From NCBI GenBank assembly GCA_009691415.1, contig SICP01000002.1, positions 36,547 to 100,546 of the forward strand: 64,000 nucleotides of DNA, read 5' to 3'. Both the position numbers and the translations under genes were made by a program. This DNA is from Candidatus Margulisiibacteriota bacterium (lineage in GTDB: Bacteria > Margulisbacteria > Marinamargulisbacteria > SXXA01 > SICP01). Shown one piece after another: positions 20,153-31,000 of this stretch; position 1 is the stretch's first letter, and every line of letters starts with the position of its first letter. The notes under the pieces were generated by a model. The model did not search any database. It worked only from the letters and a program-made list of their open reading frames with translations, and was not told where the DNA came from.

Positions 20153-21235
20153 TTAAGGAAATAACCGCTTAAACAAATGCATACGATCTTGCCAATGCAC
20201 TACATCATTGATCAAAATGATCACCATAAGAGACACTAAAATTACAATGCCCGCAGCATTAACACGCGCTTCCCATTTTTTATTGATCGGTTTCCCAATG
20301 ATCGCTTCCAAAAATAAAAAAACCATATGACCCCCATCTAAAACAGGAAAGGGAAATAAATTAAATACACCAAGACTGATACTAATCATGGCCATAATAT
20401 TCAAAAAGTAGACCACTCCCTGATGTAACCCAAAAGCCGCAAATTGAACAATACCAATCGGCCCCGACATTTCTTTTAATCCCGCTTTGCCATGAATCAA
20501 ATAAGAAATACTGTGGAAAACACCCCAAATACGATTCCCAGTCGCTTGGATACTTAAAAGAATCCCCTGAAAAACCCCATAATGCTTAACTTCTTGTTTA
20601 AAGATAATCCCTATCAAAGCCTCTTTAGACTCGGCCTTCAAAATTTCAGGTTGAATCAAAACAGAAGACAATGTTCCGTTACGAATAAACTCAAAATTCA
20701 ACGATTTTCCTGCAGACTGATGAATCACCCGCACCATATCCGAAACATGCTCAGAATCAACTTTCATAGTCTCAAAGCGAACAATCTTATCACCAGAAAT
20801 CAACCCCGCTCTTGCCGCAGGAGAAGCAGGGACAACACCAGACACAATAGACGTTTGCACAGGAACTCCCAAACCTATATACATCACAAGAAAAATAACA
20901 AACCCTAAAAATATATTCATGAGGGAACCAGCAGAAATAGTCAAAAGACGTGCAGGAACTGATTTTTTATAATAATTTAAATGATCAGGAACATCCGCAT
21001 CTGTTTCATCCATACCAGCCAGTTTTACAAATCCCCCAAAAGGGAAAATACGCAAAGAATAGTCCGTCTCGCCAACTTTTTTCCCACAAAGACGCGGACC
21101 CATACCAATACTAAATTCCAGAACACCTACGCCAGCTCTTTTAGCCGCCCATAAATGTCCTAATTCGTGGATAAAAATAACAAAACCCAACGACAAAATT
21201 GTAATCAAAAAACCCATATAATGATCATACCCCAA
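20153..21235 (-). CDS. rseP: RIP zinc metalloprotease RseP (site-2 protease, M50 family) with PDZ domain
   Basis: HELGHLWAAKRAG (HExxH) in TM1, a central PDZ-like segment, and the LDGGH motif near the C-terminus. Confidence 0.85.
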   Translation of the reverse strand: MGYDHYMGFLITILSLGFVIFIHELGHLWAAKRAGVGVLEFSIGMGPRLCGKKVGETDYSLRIFPFGGFVKLAGMDETDADVPDHLNYYKKSVPARLLTISAGSLMNIFLGFVIFLVMYIGLGVPVQTSIVSGVVPASPAARAGLISGDKIVRFETMKVDSEHVSDMVRVIHQSAGKSLNFEFIRNGTLSSVLIQPEILKAESKEALIGIIFKQEVKHYGVFQGILLSIQATGNRIWGVFHSISYLIHGKAGLKEMSGPIGIVQFAAFGLHQGVVYFLNIMAMISISLGVFNLFPFPVLDGGHMVFLFLEAIIGKPINKKWEARVNAAGIVILVSLMVIILINDVVHWQDRMHLFKRLFP

Positions 21236-21238
21236 CTA

Positions 21239-21904
21239 TTATCCTAACGTCGAGCATGAACTCCCTGCCTCTATAAAATCAGACGTCTTTTGCTTCAAAA
21301 CCTCTTCTGAATCAACACCCAATTGTCTCGCTATGTTCACAATAGAAAACAGCATGTCCCCTATAGACTCTTTCAAAACCAACAAATTATCCTGGTCGCA
21401 CAATTGTTTTAACTTCTGAAGCTCTAAAGAAACATCAGAAAAAACAGAACCATTTCTCTCTGCACGCTTTAGCACTTTATGAGCACGCATTAAAGAGGGC
21501 AAAGCCTTCGGAATAGAGGCATAGATTCCAGTATCTTTCTTCTCTTCTTTTTTTATACGCTCCCAATTTTCCCAGACCTCTGAAACCGTAGAAATTTCAG
21601 CATCAGAAAAGACATGTGGATGCCGACGAATCATTTTCTCCGTCACATCCTCCACAACATCCAAAATACCAAAAACGCCCATCTCTTTAGCCATGCCAGA
21701 CAACATCACAACATGAAACAAAACATCCCCCAGCTCTTCCCGCATCGCCGACAGATCACTCTCACGAAGAGACTCCGCCAATTCATAAGCTTCCTCCAAG
21801 ATATGAGGGAGCAACGAAGAAAAAGTTTGCTCACGATCCCAAGGACACCCGTCAGGCTCCCTAAGGCGCCTAACGACCTCAACTAACCCATCAAATACTT
21901 GCAC
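21239..21904 (-). CDS. mazG: nucleoside triphosphate pyrophosphohydrolase MazG
   Basis: CPWDREQTFSSLLPHILEEAYE and the tandem EExxE motifs of the MazG family. Confidence 0.85.
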   Translation of the reverse strand: MQVFDGLVEVVRRLREPDGCPWDREQTFSSLLPHILEEAYELAESLRESDLSAMREELGDVLFHVVMLSGMAKEMGVFGILDVVEDVTEKMIRRHPHVFSDAEISTVSEVWENWERIKKEEKKDTGIYASIPKALPSLMRAHKVLKRAERNGSVFSDVSLELQKLKQLCDQDNLLVLKESIGDMLFSIVNIARQLGVDSEEVLKQKTSDFIEAGSSCSTLG

Positions 21905-21916
21905 AAAAAGAAAAAA

Positions 21917-22378
21917 CTATCCGACAGCAGCTCGCTTGAAAAAGACTTCCTTCTCTTCTTGCTCAACACCTTGTTCAAACGTTGTTTTTTCTGAAGCATC
22001 TGCAATCATAATATTCGATGGGGTAAATATAAATATATTCTCACCAATCTTCATCATATGCCCATTAATCGCATAGGCTGTTCCACAAACAAAATCAATC
22101 AAACGACGGCCAGAATCTGCATCTAAATATTTCAAGTTAACAATAACCGGCTTACCCTCTCTCAGACATGTTGCAATATTTAAAGAATCTTCATAAATAC
22201 GTGGTTCTTCCACCTTTATTTCAGAAGCACCAAATTTCTGAACTAACGAATTATTAGGGTTAATCAAAGACCCTTTGAATGATTTAACCACAGGCTGTCT
22301 CTCTTGCACTACAGGAGATTCATCATGAAAATCCTCCTCAAAACCAAAAAACTCACGCATTTTTTTCCAAGAACTCAT
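21917..22378 (-). CDS. sepF: cell division protein SepF (YlmF-like)
   Basis: 153 aa. C-terminal REGKPVIVNLKYLDADSGRRLIDFVCGTAYAINGHMMKIGENIFIFTP matches the SepF (DUF552) core. Overlaps yggS by 4 nt. Confidence 0.75.
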   Translation of the reverse strand: MSSWKKMREFFGFEEDFHDESPVVQERQPVVKSFKGSLINPNNSLVQKFGASEIKVEEPRIYEDSLNIATCLREGKPVIVNLKYLDADSGRRLIDFVCGTAYAINGHMMKIGENIFIFTPSNIMIADASEKTTFEQGVEQEEKEVFFKRAAVG

Positions 22379-23025
22379 TTGTCATCTCCTTCAAAAATTA
22401 AGCTACCTATTCTCACAAAATTTGCACCGCATGATATTGCCATTTTATAATCTTCACTCATACCCATACTCAAAGTATCCACACTAGGAAAACGGCGTTT
22501 CATCTGTTGAAATATAGCATGTATTTCTTGAAAATAACGCATTTTTACTAAATCATCATCTTCACTGGGAATTATGGCCATTATACCTCGAATTTCTATA
22601 TTTAAAAATGTATTAGAGTATTTCGATATAAACTGCTCAAAGACACCTCGATCAAACCCATGTTTTCTTGAATCTTGCGCAATGTTTATTTGGAATAGAA
22701 TGGGCATAACCTTGCCAATGGCAAGTGACTCAGAATTAATCTTCTCAAGCAAAGCTTCACTATCTACAGACTGCAAACAATCAAACAACTTAACAGCACG
22801 CTTTATTTTATTACTCTGCAAATGACCTATCATATGCCACGACACAGGATAAACTCGTAAAGTCTTTATTTTAATTTCGGCATCTTGAACACGGCTTTCA
22901 CACAAAACTGTCGCGCCCGCTTGAATAACAGACTCCGTAGCCTCTATAGAAGCCGCCTTACTTACCACACCCAATTGAACAGGATAAACAACAGACCGAA
23001 TCGCACAAAAATTATTCGAAATCAT
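22375..23025 (-). CDS. yggS: YggS/YlmE family pyridoxal-phosphate homeostasis protein
   Basis: 216 aa. ...VSKAASIE...WHMIGHLQSNK...LSMGMSEDYKMAISCGANFVRIGSLIF, the alanine-racemase-N fold signature of PLPHP. Confidence 0.85.
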   Translation of the reverse strand: MISNNFCAIRSVVYPVQLGVVSKAASIEATESVIQAGATVLCESRVQDAEIKIKTLRVYPVSWHMIGHLQSNKIKRAVKLFDCLQSVDSEALLEKINSESLAIGKVMPILFQINIAQDSRKHGFDRGVFEQFISKYSNTFLNIEIRGIMAIIPSEDDDLVKMRYFQEIHAIFQQMKRRFPSVDTLSMGMSEDYKMAISCGANFVRIGSLIFEGDDK

Positions 23026-23040
23026 GGTTCATTTTCTCCC

Positions 23041-23076
23041 AAAAAAAAACGGCCTGCCAAATTGACAGACCGTTTT
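23041..23076 (-). terminator. intrinsic terminator downstream of cspA
   Basis: On the minus-strand transcript: a 10-bp stem (23049..23058 / 23064..23073, with two G-U wobbles) and a 5-nt loop, followed by a 9-U tract (plus-strand A9 at 23041..23049). Lies 26 nt after the cspA stop. Confidence 0.65.
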
Positions 23077-23101
23077 TATCAAAACAAGATAGACTCTAAA
23101 A

Positions 23102-23317
23102 TTAAGCTTTTAATTTAACGTCTTTGGCCTCTAAGCCTTTTGCGCTAGTTGCTACATGAAACTCAACTTGCTGACCTTCTTCCAAAGTGCGGTAACCACT
23201 ACCTTGAATAGAATTAAAGTGAACAAAAACATCATCACCGGACGAACGGCTTACAAAACCGTATCCCTTTGTTGCATTAAACCACTTGACTGTACCTATT
23301 TCGCGTTGTTCTGACAT
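23102..23317 (-). CDS. cspA: cold-shock protein (CspA family)
   Basis: [38 protein letters not shown]... The RNP1/RNP2 motifs KGYGFV and VFVHF are present. Start taken at MSEQ rather than the longer ORF, which extends to 23353. Confidence 0.9.
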   Translation of the reverse strand: MSEQREIGTVKWFNATKGYGFVSRSSGDDVFVHFNSIQGSGYRTLEEGQQVEFHVATSAKGLEAKDVKLKA

Positions 23318-23503
23318 ATGACTACCTACCTTTAATGATAACTTGCCACCCATAAAGAGGGATAGCGTAGAAAATTTTAAGGCGAAATTTATAGTATGTC
23401 AAGCTTTTTCTAGAGACCCCACAAAAATAAAATGCAAGTTCTCCAGAAAAACTTACGATACTACAGCCATACAAAGAAAAAAATAAAATGAAGGCAGATT
23501 AAA

Positions 23504-24133
23504 ATGAGTACAATTAAAACAAACATCCTAATACAAACATCCCTCACAATCCTCAGCATCATTGTATTAGGCTCTAGTTTTAACACTTCATCTGCAGAGA
23601 CGATCGACACAGAGATCGACACAGACAAGAGCTCACTCACCATAGACACACTTCTTCACTTTGGATCTGGCTTCAGCGATACTTTTCAAGCCCCTAGCGG
23701 CAGCAAAGATTCTGTTAACCTCAACAACAAAACCAACTCATTATCCATACTCAGCGCCGGCTTTAAAGTGCTCGCGCAAGAAATGGATCAATACAATCGT
23801 GAGGCAAGCAGTACAGCAACAGGTACTGGCCCAGCAAGAGTAACCAGCCCCCCACTCGTCTACCCCAATCCTTTTCGCCAAAAAAACGGCGCAAAATTAG
23901 GTTACGGGCTAGCTGGAGAGATCAATGAAATTGAAATACAAATCTATGACATGATGGCCAATTTAATCACCAAAAAAACATTCAAAGATCAAGGCGCAAG
24001 ACAAGGTTACAATTTTATCGATATTAATCTCCAAACATTCGATGGCCACTATCTTTCTGCAGGCGTTTATTTCTTACTCATCCTAAACGACGGGAAAGTA
24101 CTAGCTAAAGGAAAGGTTGCGGTGATCCCATGA
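23504..24133 (+). CDS. small secreted protein with a C-terminal FlgD-Ig-like / T9SS-type (Por_Secre_tail-like) beta-sandwich domain
   Basis: Signal peptide MSTIKTNILIQTSLTILSIIVLGSS. C-terminus ...LVYPNPFRQKNG...IEIQIYDMMANLITKKTF...LSAGVYFLLILNDGKVLAKGKVAVIP resembles the YPNP...IxIYD...GVYF...K motif set of TIGR04183 and FlgD_ig domains. Confidence 0.6.
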   Translation: MSTIKTNILIQTSLTILSIIVLGSSFNTSSAETIDTEIDTDKSSLTIDTLLHFGSGFSDTFQAPSGSKDSVNLNNKTNSLSILSAGFKVLAQEMDQYNREASSTATGTGPARVTSPPLVYPNPFRQKNGAKLGYGLAGEINEIEIQIYDMMANLITKKTFKDQGARQGYNFIDINLQTFDGHYLSAGVYFLLILNDGKVLAKGKVAVIP

Positions 24134-25059
24134 AAAGACTAGCGCTAGCAACATGTATCGCAGTGCTTCTATTGAATACTTCTGCAAAAGCAACGGGAGA
24201 CTTCTTCATCTCAACAGATGTAGGATCGTCAGCAGAAATGATTGGCCAAGCCAACATAGAAGGCTTCACCGACAAAGCCAATAACGTTTTCGACAATCCT
24301 GCAGGCCTTTATAGGATAAATCAATTTTCCACCAGTCTCTTCACCACAACATTTTTGAACGAAGTGACTTATAAAAATCTATCTGTCGCAATGAGATTGC
24401 CAGAAGGCATTTTGGGATTAGGATACATGTCTACAGAGGTAAGCGGACTGATCTCAACAACTGCCAGCAGAAATGAAAACCAAGAAATCACAGAAATCAC
24501 ATCAGATGGCAACACGTTCGGTTATAATAACACCATGATCAAAGCAAGTTATCAATGGTCTCAAACGGAACATCTCCATTGGGGAACATCCGCAGTATTT
24601 TATACAACTTCCATAGGGAATGTTACCGGAAAAGGTATTAATCTAGACGCAGGAGTTATCCTAGATTACTATCCTTTAGTACTTTCTATATCAGCAAAAA
24701 ATCTACTTGGGGGCAAAGCAAAGTATTCTAATGGGGGCGAAGAAAATCTTCCAGTACAAACTACTTACGGGGCACAATATAATTTTAATGAATTCCAAGT
24801 TGCTGGACAATTAAAAAGCAAAGGAAGCAATCACAACATGATAAAATCAGCATCGATTGCTTACCACCCAAGCACGCTACCTTTTCTAGAATTATCAGGT
24901 GGTTACAAAGAGTACAGCGTATTAGATGCAGTAAAGAGTAATTTAACATTTGGATTCGGATTAAACCTCTCAACAATCAGCTTCAACTATGCGTATGAGT
25001 CTAGCGAGAACATTCAATTCAACCACAAACATTATTTTTCAGTCAGCCTTTCTTTGTAA
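24130..25059 (+). CDS. predicted outer-membrane beta-barrel protein (possibly PorP/SprF-like)
   Basis: Signal peptide MKRLALATCIAVLLLNTSAKA. Alternating amphipathic beta-strand pattern throughout and an aromatic-rich C-terminal strand. The NVFDNPAGLY segment weakly resembles the NPAxAG signature of PorP/SprF. 4-nt overlap with the upstream gene; lies 17 nt upstream of giant gene 1. Confidence 0.45.
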   Translation: MKRLALATCIAVLLLNTSAKATGDFFISTDVGSSAEMIGQANIEGFTDKANNVFDNPAGLYRINQFSTSLFTTTFLNEVTYKNLSVAMRLPEGILGLGYMSTEVSGLISTTASRNENQEITEITSDGNTFGYNNTMIKASYQWSQTEHLHWGTSAVFYTTSIGNVTGKGINLDAGVILDYYPLVLSISAKNLLGGKAKYSNGGEENLPVQTTYGAQYNFNEFQVAGQLKSKGSNHNMIKSASIAYHPSTLPFLELSGGYKEYSVLDAVKSNLTFGFGLNLSTISFNYAYESSENIQFNHKHYFSVSLSL

Positions 25060-25075
25060 AAAATGAGGACATAGC

Positions 25076-28000
25076 GTGAAACGCAAATTATTACTCACAC
25101 TTTTAACCTGGCTTATCCTCTTCGCAACAGCTGAATTTGCGCAAGTCACCTTTACATTTAAAGGCAGTTTAATGCGCGCAGACAAAACGTTCATAAATGG
25201 CACCTACAACAACGTAAAAGTAGGCATATATTCTGACGTTGATGAAAGCGTTGCTGACGTTTGGTCAGAAATACAAAATGGAGTGGTCTTTGAGACAGGC
25301 CGTTTCAGCATTCTTGTAGGCAATGTAGACCCAGTTGCGAACCCCCTTAGAATCAGAACGTTCAACATCAACCTCCCCCACTTAGGATTTACAATCAATG
25401 GCAGCGAATTCTTCATCCCTTTTACCTCAACCCCTTATAGTATGCGAACAAAAGTAGCAGAAAAAACAAGCGCCGTTTCAGCACAATACATCGTAGGAAC
25501 ATTCACAAAGCCCGTTGCCATAAAATCTACATTAACCATTACAAGTGGCAATACAACATTACTTAAAACAACCGCCTTAAGCCAAGTAGGAATCGGCAAA
25601 GACAACCCCTTAACAAAAATCGTCAATGGTAAAACTGTCGCAGCAGCACAACTGGACGTCAATGGCCCCGTCAATAGTAGTAGTGGCTTTAAACTAAATG
25701 GCATTGATATCGCAAGAACATTGTCCTGGAAACAGAATGCCCCTATTACTAAAAATATTTATTATGCCAGCGGAAATGTAGGAATCGGACTTCAAAATCC
25801 ACAGTATGCTCTAGATGTGCAAGGAACACTCAATGCAACACAACTACTTCTAAAAGGGAAACGCTTATCTGCCGGACTAGATTGGCAACACGAAGTAAAT
25901 GCCAGTCAAAATTTATACTTCAAAACAGAAGCAGACAATCGCGTGGGTATCGGTAGAGTAGACCCCCAGCAATCGCTTGATGTTAACGGTAGCATAGCAG
26001 TGTCGAGCAACATCACTGATCAAACTACACCACTCCGCGGCATGATCAGAATGTCCCCCACAAGCAATGAAATACAAGGCTTCCGAGACAACCAATGGAT
26101 TCAACTAACAGGATTGAGAGGGCAAGGTCAAAAAAACCAGATCAGTTTTTTCACAAATAAATTTGTACTTTCTGGCTACACACCCTTTTCTTGGAAATCT
26201 CAAACAAACTTACTAGGTATCGGAACCACCTCGCCTCTATCCCAATTGCATTTAGTTAAAACCGAGACCCTCGCCCCATCGCTATACATACAAACAGCAA
26301 CAAACCTCCCTCTATTGGTAGTAACCTCAAATGGAAATATTGGTGTAGGAACTTCTAATCCCAACCAAAAATTAGTTGTAAAAGGAACCCTCAACTCAGA
26401 ACAACTAACAGTAAATGGCCTAGACTTATCATTAGCCGTCTCAAATTCATCTGTATGGATATTGAACAAACAGAGTAGTCTCTTTTACAAATTAGGAAAC
26501 ATAGGAATTGGAAAAATCGACCCGAACAGTCCACTTACTATCGCACAAAGAGTGAATCATCCTGATGAAGACCCAGCCATCACCTTTCGTCAAAACAGTG
26601 GCAACAGCTACACAATGGGCATAAGCAGTAAAAGACCTGATATTTTCCGAGTAGAACGCGGCGACAAATTAAATACCACAACACCCCTATTCGTCATGAA
26701 AAATTACTCTTTTGGCACGGGACTAACTGATCCGTTAGCGCTACTTCACGTTAGCGGCAACGAAGGCGCCGTCTTCAATGGGAAGTTCTTTGGCGTCATA
26801 GACGAAACTTTCCCTGATGTAGACTCAGCAGGAAAACCCATTCTTCCACAAGTAGTACAAGAGGGGGAAGGAACACGTTTTATTTGGCATCCATTACGCG
26901 CTGTTTTGCGAGCGGGTACAGTAACAGGAAATCAATGGAACAATATTAACCTTGGCAAATTCTCCGTAGCATTTGGGTTAAATAATACTGCCAGTGGTAA
27001 TTTCACAACCATCCTAGGCGGAAAAAACAACCTCGCCACGGGTGCGTATTCCACAATATTAGGAGGCGAAAACAACAAAGCTATGGGCGATTTTTCTTTA
27101 GCCAGCGGATACCGAGCAAAAGCACTTCACCATGGATCGTTTGTCTGGGGAGATCGTTCAGGTACAGCATTAAGCACCATCGCACTTAATCAATTTTTAG
27201 TAAAAGTCTCAAATGGTGTAGGAATAGGAACAGCCCTTACCTCAATAGAAGGCAAAAAAAGTACATTAACAATCAAAAAAGTAACCCCCAGTGGTAATAT
27301 TTTTCAAATAGTCGGCAAAAATCTAGCTACTGACATCTTTCAGGTAAGTACTTCTGGCAATGCCATTATAGGATCTAGATCCAGAACAACAGCAGGTTTA
27401 AGCGTCATGGGTAAAACCCAATTTGGAAACAAACAAGTGCCCCCCACGATCAATAGCTTCTTAACCATTTCCAGCGAATCCCCAACCCAAGCCATTTGGA
27501 TTTCAAATAGTAATGAAGATATCAACACCACTCCCAATTTTATTCTTACAAGCTCAGGAAATTTAGGCACCAACATCATTCCTTTGCCAGACGTTATTAC
27601 GAAATTTAAAAATGGAACAGTACAGATAGGAAGAGGCGGCATATTAGGCAATAGTTATGAACTCCCTGATGGAACAAAAATCGGGACAAAGGCTACAGAA
27701 GTCTGGGGCTTAGACGCAGCACCCAATGTCTATTTCACCACTGGAAATGTAGGTATTGGGACAACACGACCTACAAGTCTTCTAACCATTTCAAACGTTG
27801 CCAGCAAACTCTTTCAATCACCCAAAAATCCTGCCATCACATTCTCAAAAAATACAACCCACTACATTTTAGGAATAGAAAATAATGTACCCGATACATT
27901 AAAAATGTTATCTGGTTACGACCTAGCACAACCATCAAAACTTGCGTTTAAATATTCAGAAAATACGCTTGGAAGAATAGGCGTAGGAACAGAAAATCCA

Positions 28001-31000
28001 AGAACTGTATTTCACGTCAATAATCCCGCAATCTTAGGAAAAAGGGTATCCATTGCTACTACAAATACCAATGTAAAATACAACTTAATTACAGGATCCG
28101 CTTCTTTTAGGCCTCTATTTTTAGACAAGCAATTTATGTCTGCATCTGGAACACCTTGGACAACAACAAGAAATTTTAGCCTATATTTTACAAATGGGAA
28201 AATTGGAATTGGCACAACCGCGCCAACAGTAGCTCTCTCAATAGCAGGAAATATAAAAGCAACAGCCGTCCGCATCAAAGATGCATTTACTGTCAAAGAA
28301 ACAGCAACTTTAATTCGACTTGATTTCTTAAATCCCGATGGCATCTCATTAAAATTAGGGGTAAGCGCCTCGAAGTTACGCCTTGGAGACATCTCTATTT
28401 CAGACATACTCTCAAGGGGAAATAATACAGCACAAACAAAAGGGCCATTACTCTTATGGCAAAGCGCCAATATCATAGGAGACACAAACCTAATATGGTC
28501 ATCTGATTCCGCACCCCCCCATCAAACGGGCACCTTAACCTCTACTAAAAATATCCGAATCCCAACAACACTAACCAAAACAAACTCATTCCAGCAAACA
28601 ACATTGGTACAAGTAGGATCTGCGAACATTACAAACGTACTTAATGTCGCCTCAGATCTCACCCATAACGGAAATTTCTCTAACTCAGAATCACATGCCA
28701 GTCAAAAGATAACCGTCAATTTAGAACCTGGTAATTGGGCAGACCCTATCAATACGACACAACCTATATTCACAGGACTCGACATAAGAATAGTTAATAA
28801 GGCTAATCTAAGTGGTGCTACAAATTTTACAACACAAGCACAAGCAATAGGATTAAATATTGATGTAAGCAAAATAAATACCCAACAAACTGGAGAACCC
28901 GGATTCAATTTTGCCGCTCTTTTTAATGGTAACGTGGGCATTAATACATTCCCATCTCCAACTACTCCAACCAGAGCCATATTGGATATAAAAGGCACCG
29001 TACAAGCAGATTCATTTATCATATCCAAAAGACTCAGCATTTCCACGCTGAACGTAACAGGAGACACGTTAACAATAAAACAAACAAGACCTATTAAAAT
29101 TGGAAATCCTAAACCAACAAACCCTATCTACGATCTTCTGGTACAAGGAACTGTACAAGCAACAAACGGCATTATTGGAACATTAGAATCTGGAGCACTA
29201 AATGCTGCAAATGGGGCTCTTCTCGTAAATACATCCGGGCAAATAGGGATTGGCACAACAGCCCCAGAAGGTACCTTTCACATCAAAAAATTATTTACCA
29301 CAACAACAGGCAGAGATTATTTCGCTAACAGAGTGCATAGCACCGTTGATATTCTGGAAAACCCAAAAAAATTAACAGAAAATCTTACAGGCCTGGGACT
29401 CAATCTAAACACAAAAACAAACAATAAAGTAGGGACGCCACAAACACCTCAAACAGCAACAGGCTTATCCATCAATCTCAGCAATATGACTTCAAACGAT
29501 AATGGTACGGTAATCGGGATTTCCAGCAAAACCAATAAAACCAAAAACCAAACGAAATCTGCCATATTTTCAGGAGGAAATGTTGGCATCGGCGTCACAC
29601 AACCAACCGACACACTCGTTGTAGTTGGAACCATCCGAGCCAAAGCGGTAGACAATACACGCTTATTAACACAACAAGAAGCCGCCTCATTTAATAGACT
29701 TGTTGTAACTAGTAATGCACTCTTTAAAGGCCACGTAACTGCAAACGCAATCTTCGCTACAACCATCATCACCAAAACCGATCAACTCACCATTAACGGT
29801 AGTATCCTTCTCCCTTCAATCGCACTAACTATACAAGAAACTCCAGGATTATTAATTAGCAGAGCACTTTCAATAACAGCTAACACAAAAATAAACGCCC
29901 TCTCCCTCAACGAAAAGCTCGTAGGTACAGCCGCAACATTTAACAAGCTTACTTTGACCAATTCACTCACCACCACCACGCTCAATATCTTGAGCTTACA
30001 AGCAAGTGCCTCTATTGAATTAAATGCCGCACAAGCAAACTTAAATTCACATACAATTATTGCCAGCGGAAAAGTTGGCATTAGCATAACAGACGCAACA
30101 GAACGCCTCGCTATCGCTAGCGATAAAAAAGAATCTACAATCTTCCGTGCTCAAAACCTCTCAGCAACTAAAAATACTGCAGCAGGAATTTTATTGGTTC
30201 CTGACATCAAATCAGACCAAAATACAGGCTCCGGCATTGCAGCCATTAAAGTCACCGCCGCAGGTTCAAATTCACCGGGCTCAGAACTGGCTTTCATCAC
30301 AGATCCCATCAATGGATCTCCTACAGAACGCGCACGTCTTACACAGATCGGAAATTTTGTAATTGGCACAAAAAATGCCTCCAGTACATTATATGTAAAT
30401 CAAACTTCCCTAATACAAGGAGCGGCTACATTTAATACAAAGGTCACCACAAAAACCCTAGCTTCAGCAAGCGACATCATCATCAAAAAAACAACCGTAT
30501 TTAACAACCCAACTGAAATAAGTACGCTCTTAACACAAAAACCTATCCAGATTAAATTGGCAACACTTGGCACCGTTACATCTGGCACCAGCGCATTAAG
30601 TCCCTCCGCATCCGAAAAATTAATATACAAAACGATCCTAGATGACAACTCAGTGGTCGCATCGGATATCACTTCACTCGTAACAGGTTCTGTCGGAAGA
30701 CTTCCCTATTACAACAGCAGTCATAGATTGACAGATAACACATCTTTGACCTGGGCAACACAAAATATATCCAGCATTCCCTATAGCACCCTCGTTATCG
30801 GAAAAGTAAGTTCCGGTAGCATGGCCATCGTAACAACATTCAAAAATACATTAACCGGTACCCCAACCGCAGAAGATATCCAACTCACATTTAAAGACCG
30901 CACTTCTGATATTTCCACATTTGGAGAAAGAAAATTCTACGGAATGCAAATTATCGCTTCCAAAAATACCAATGCGAGCGTTGCTCCTGGGGAAACAGCA

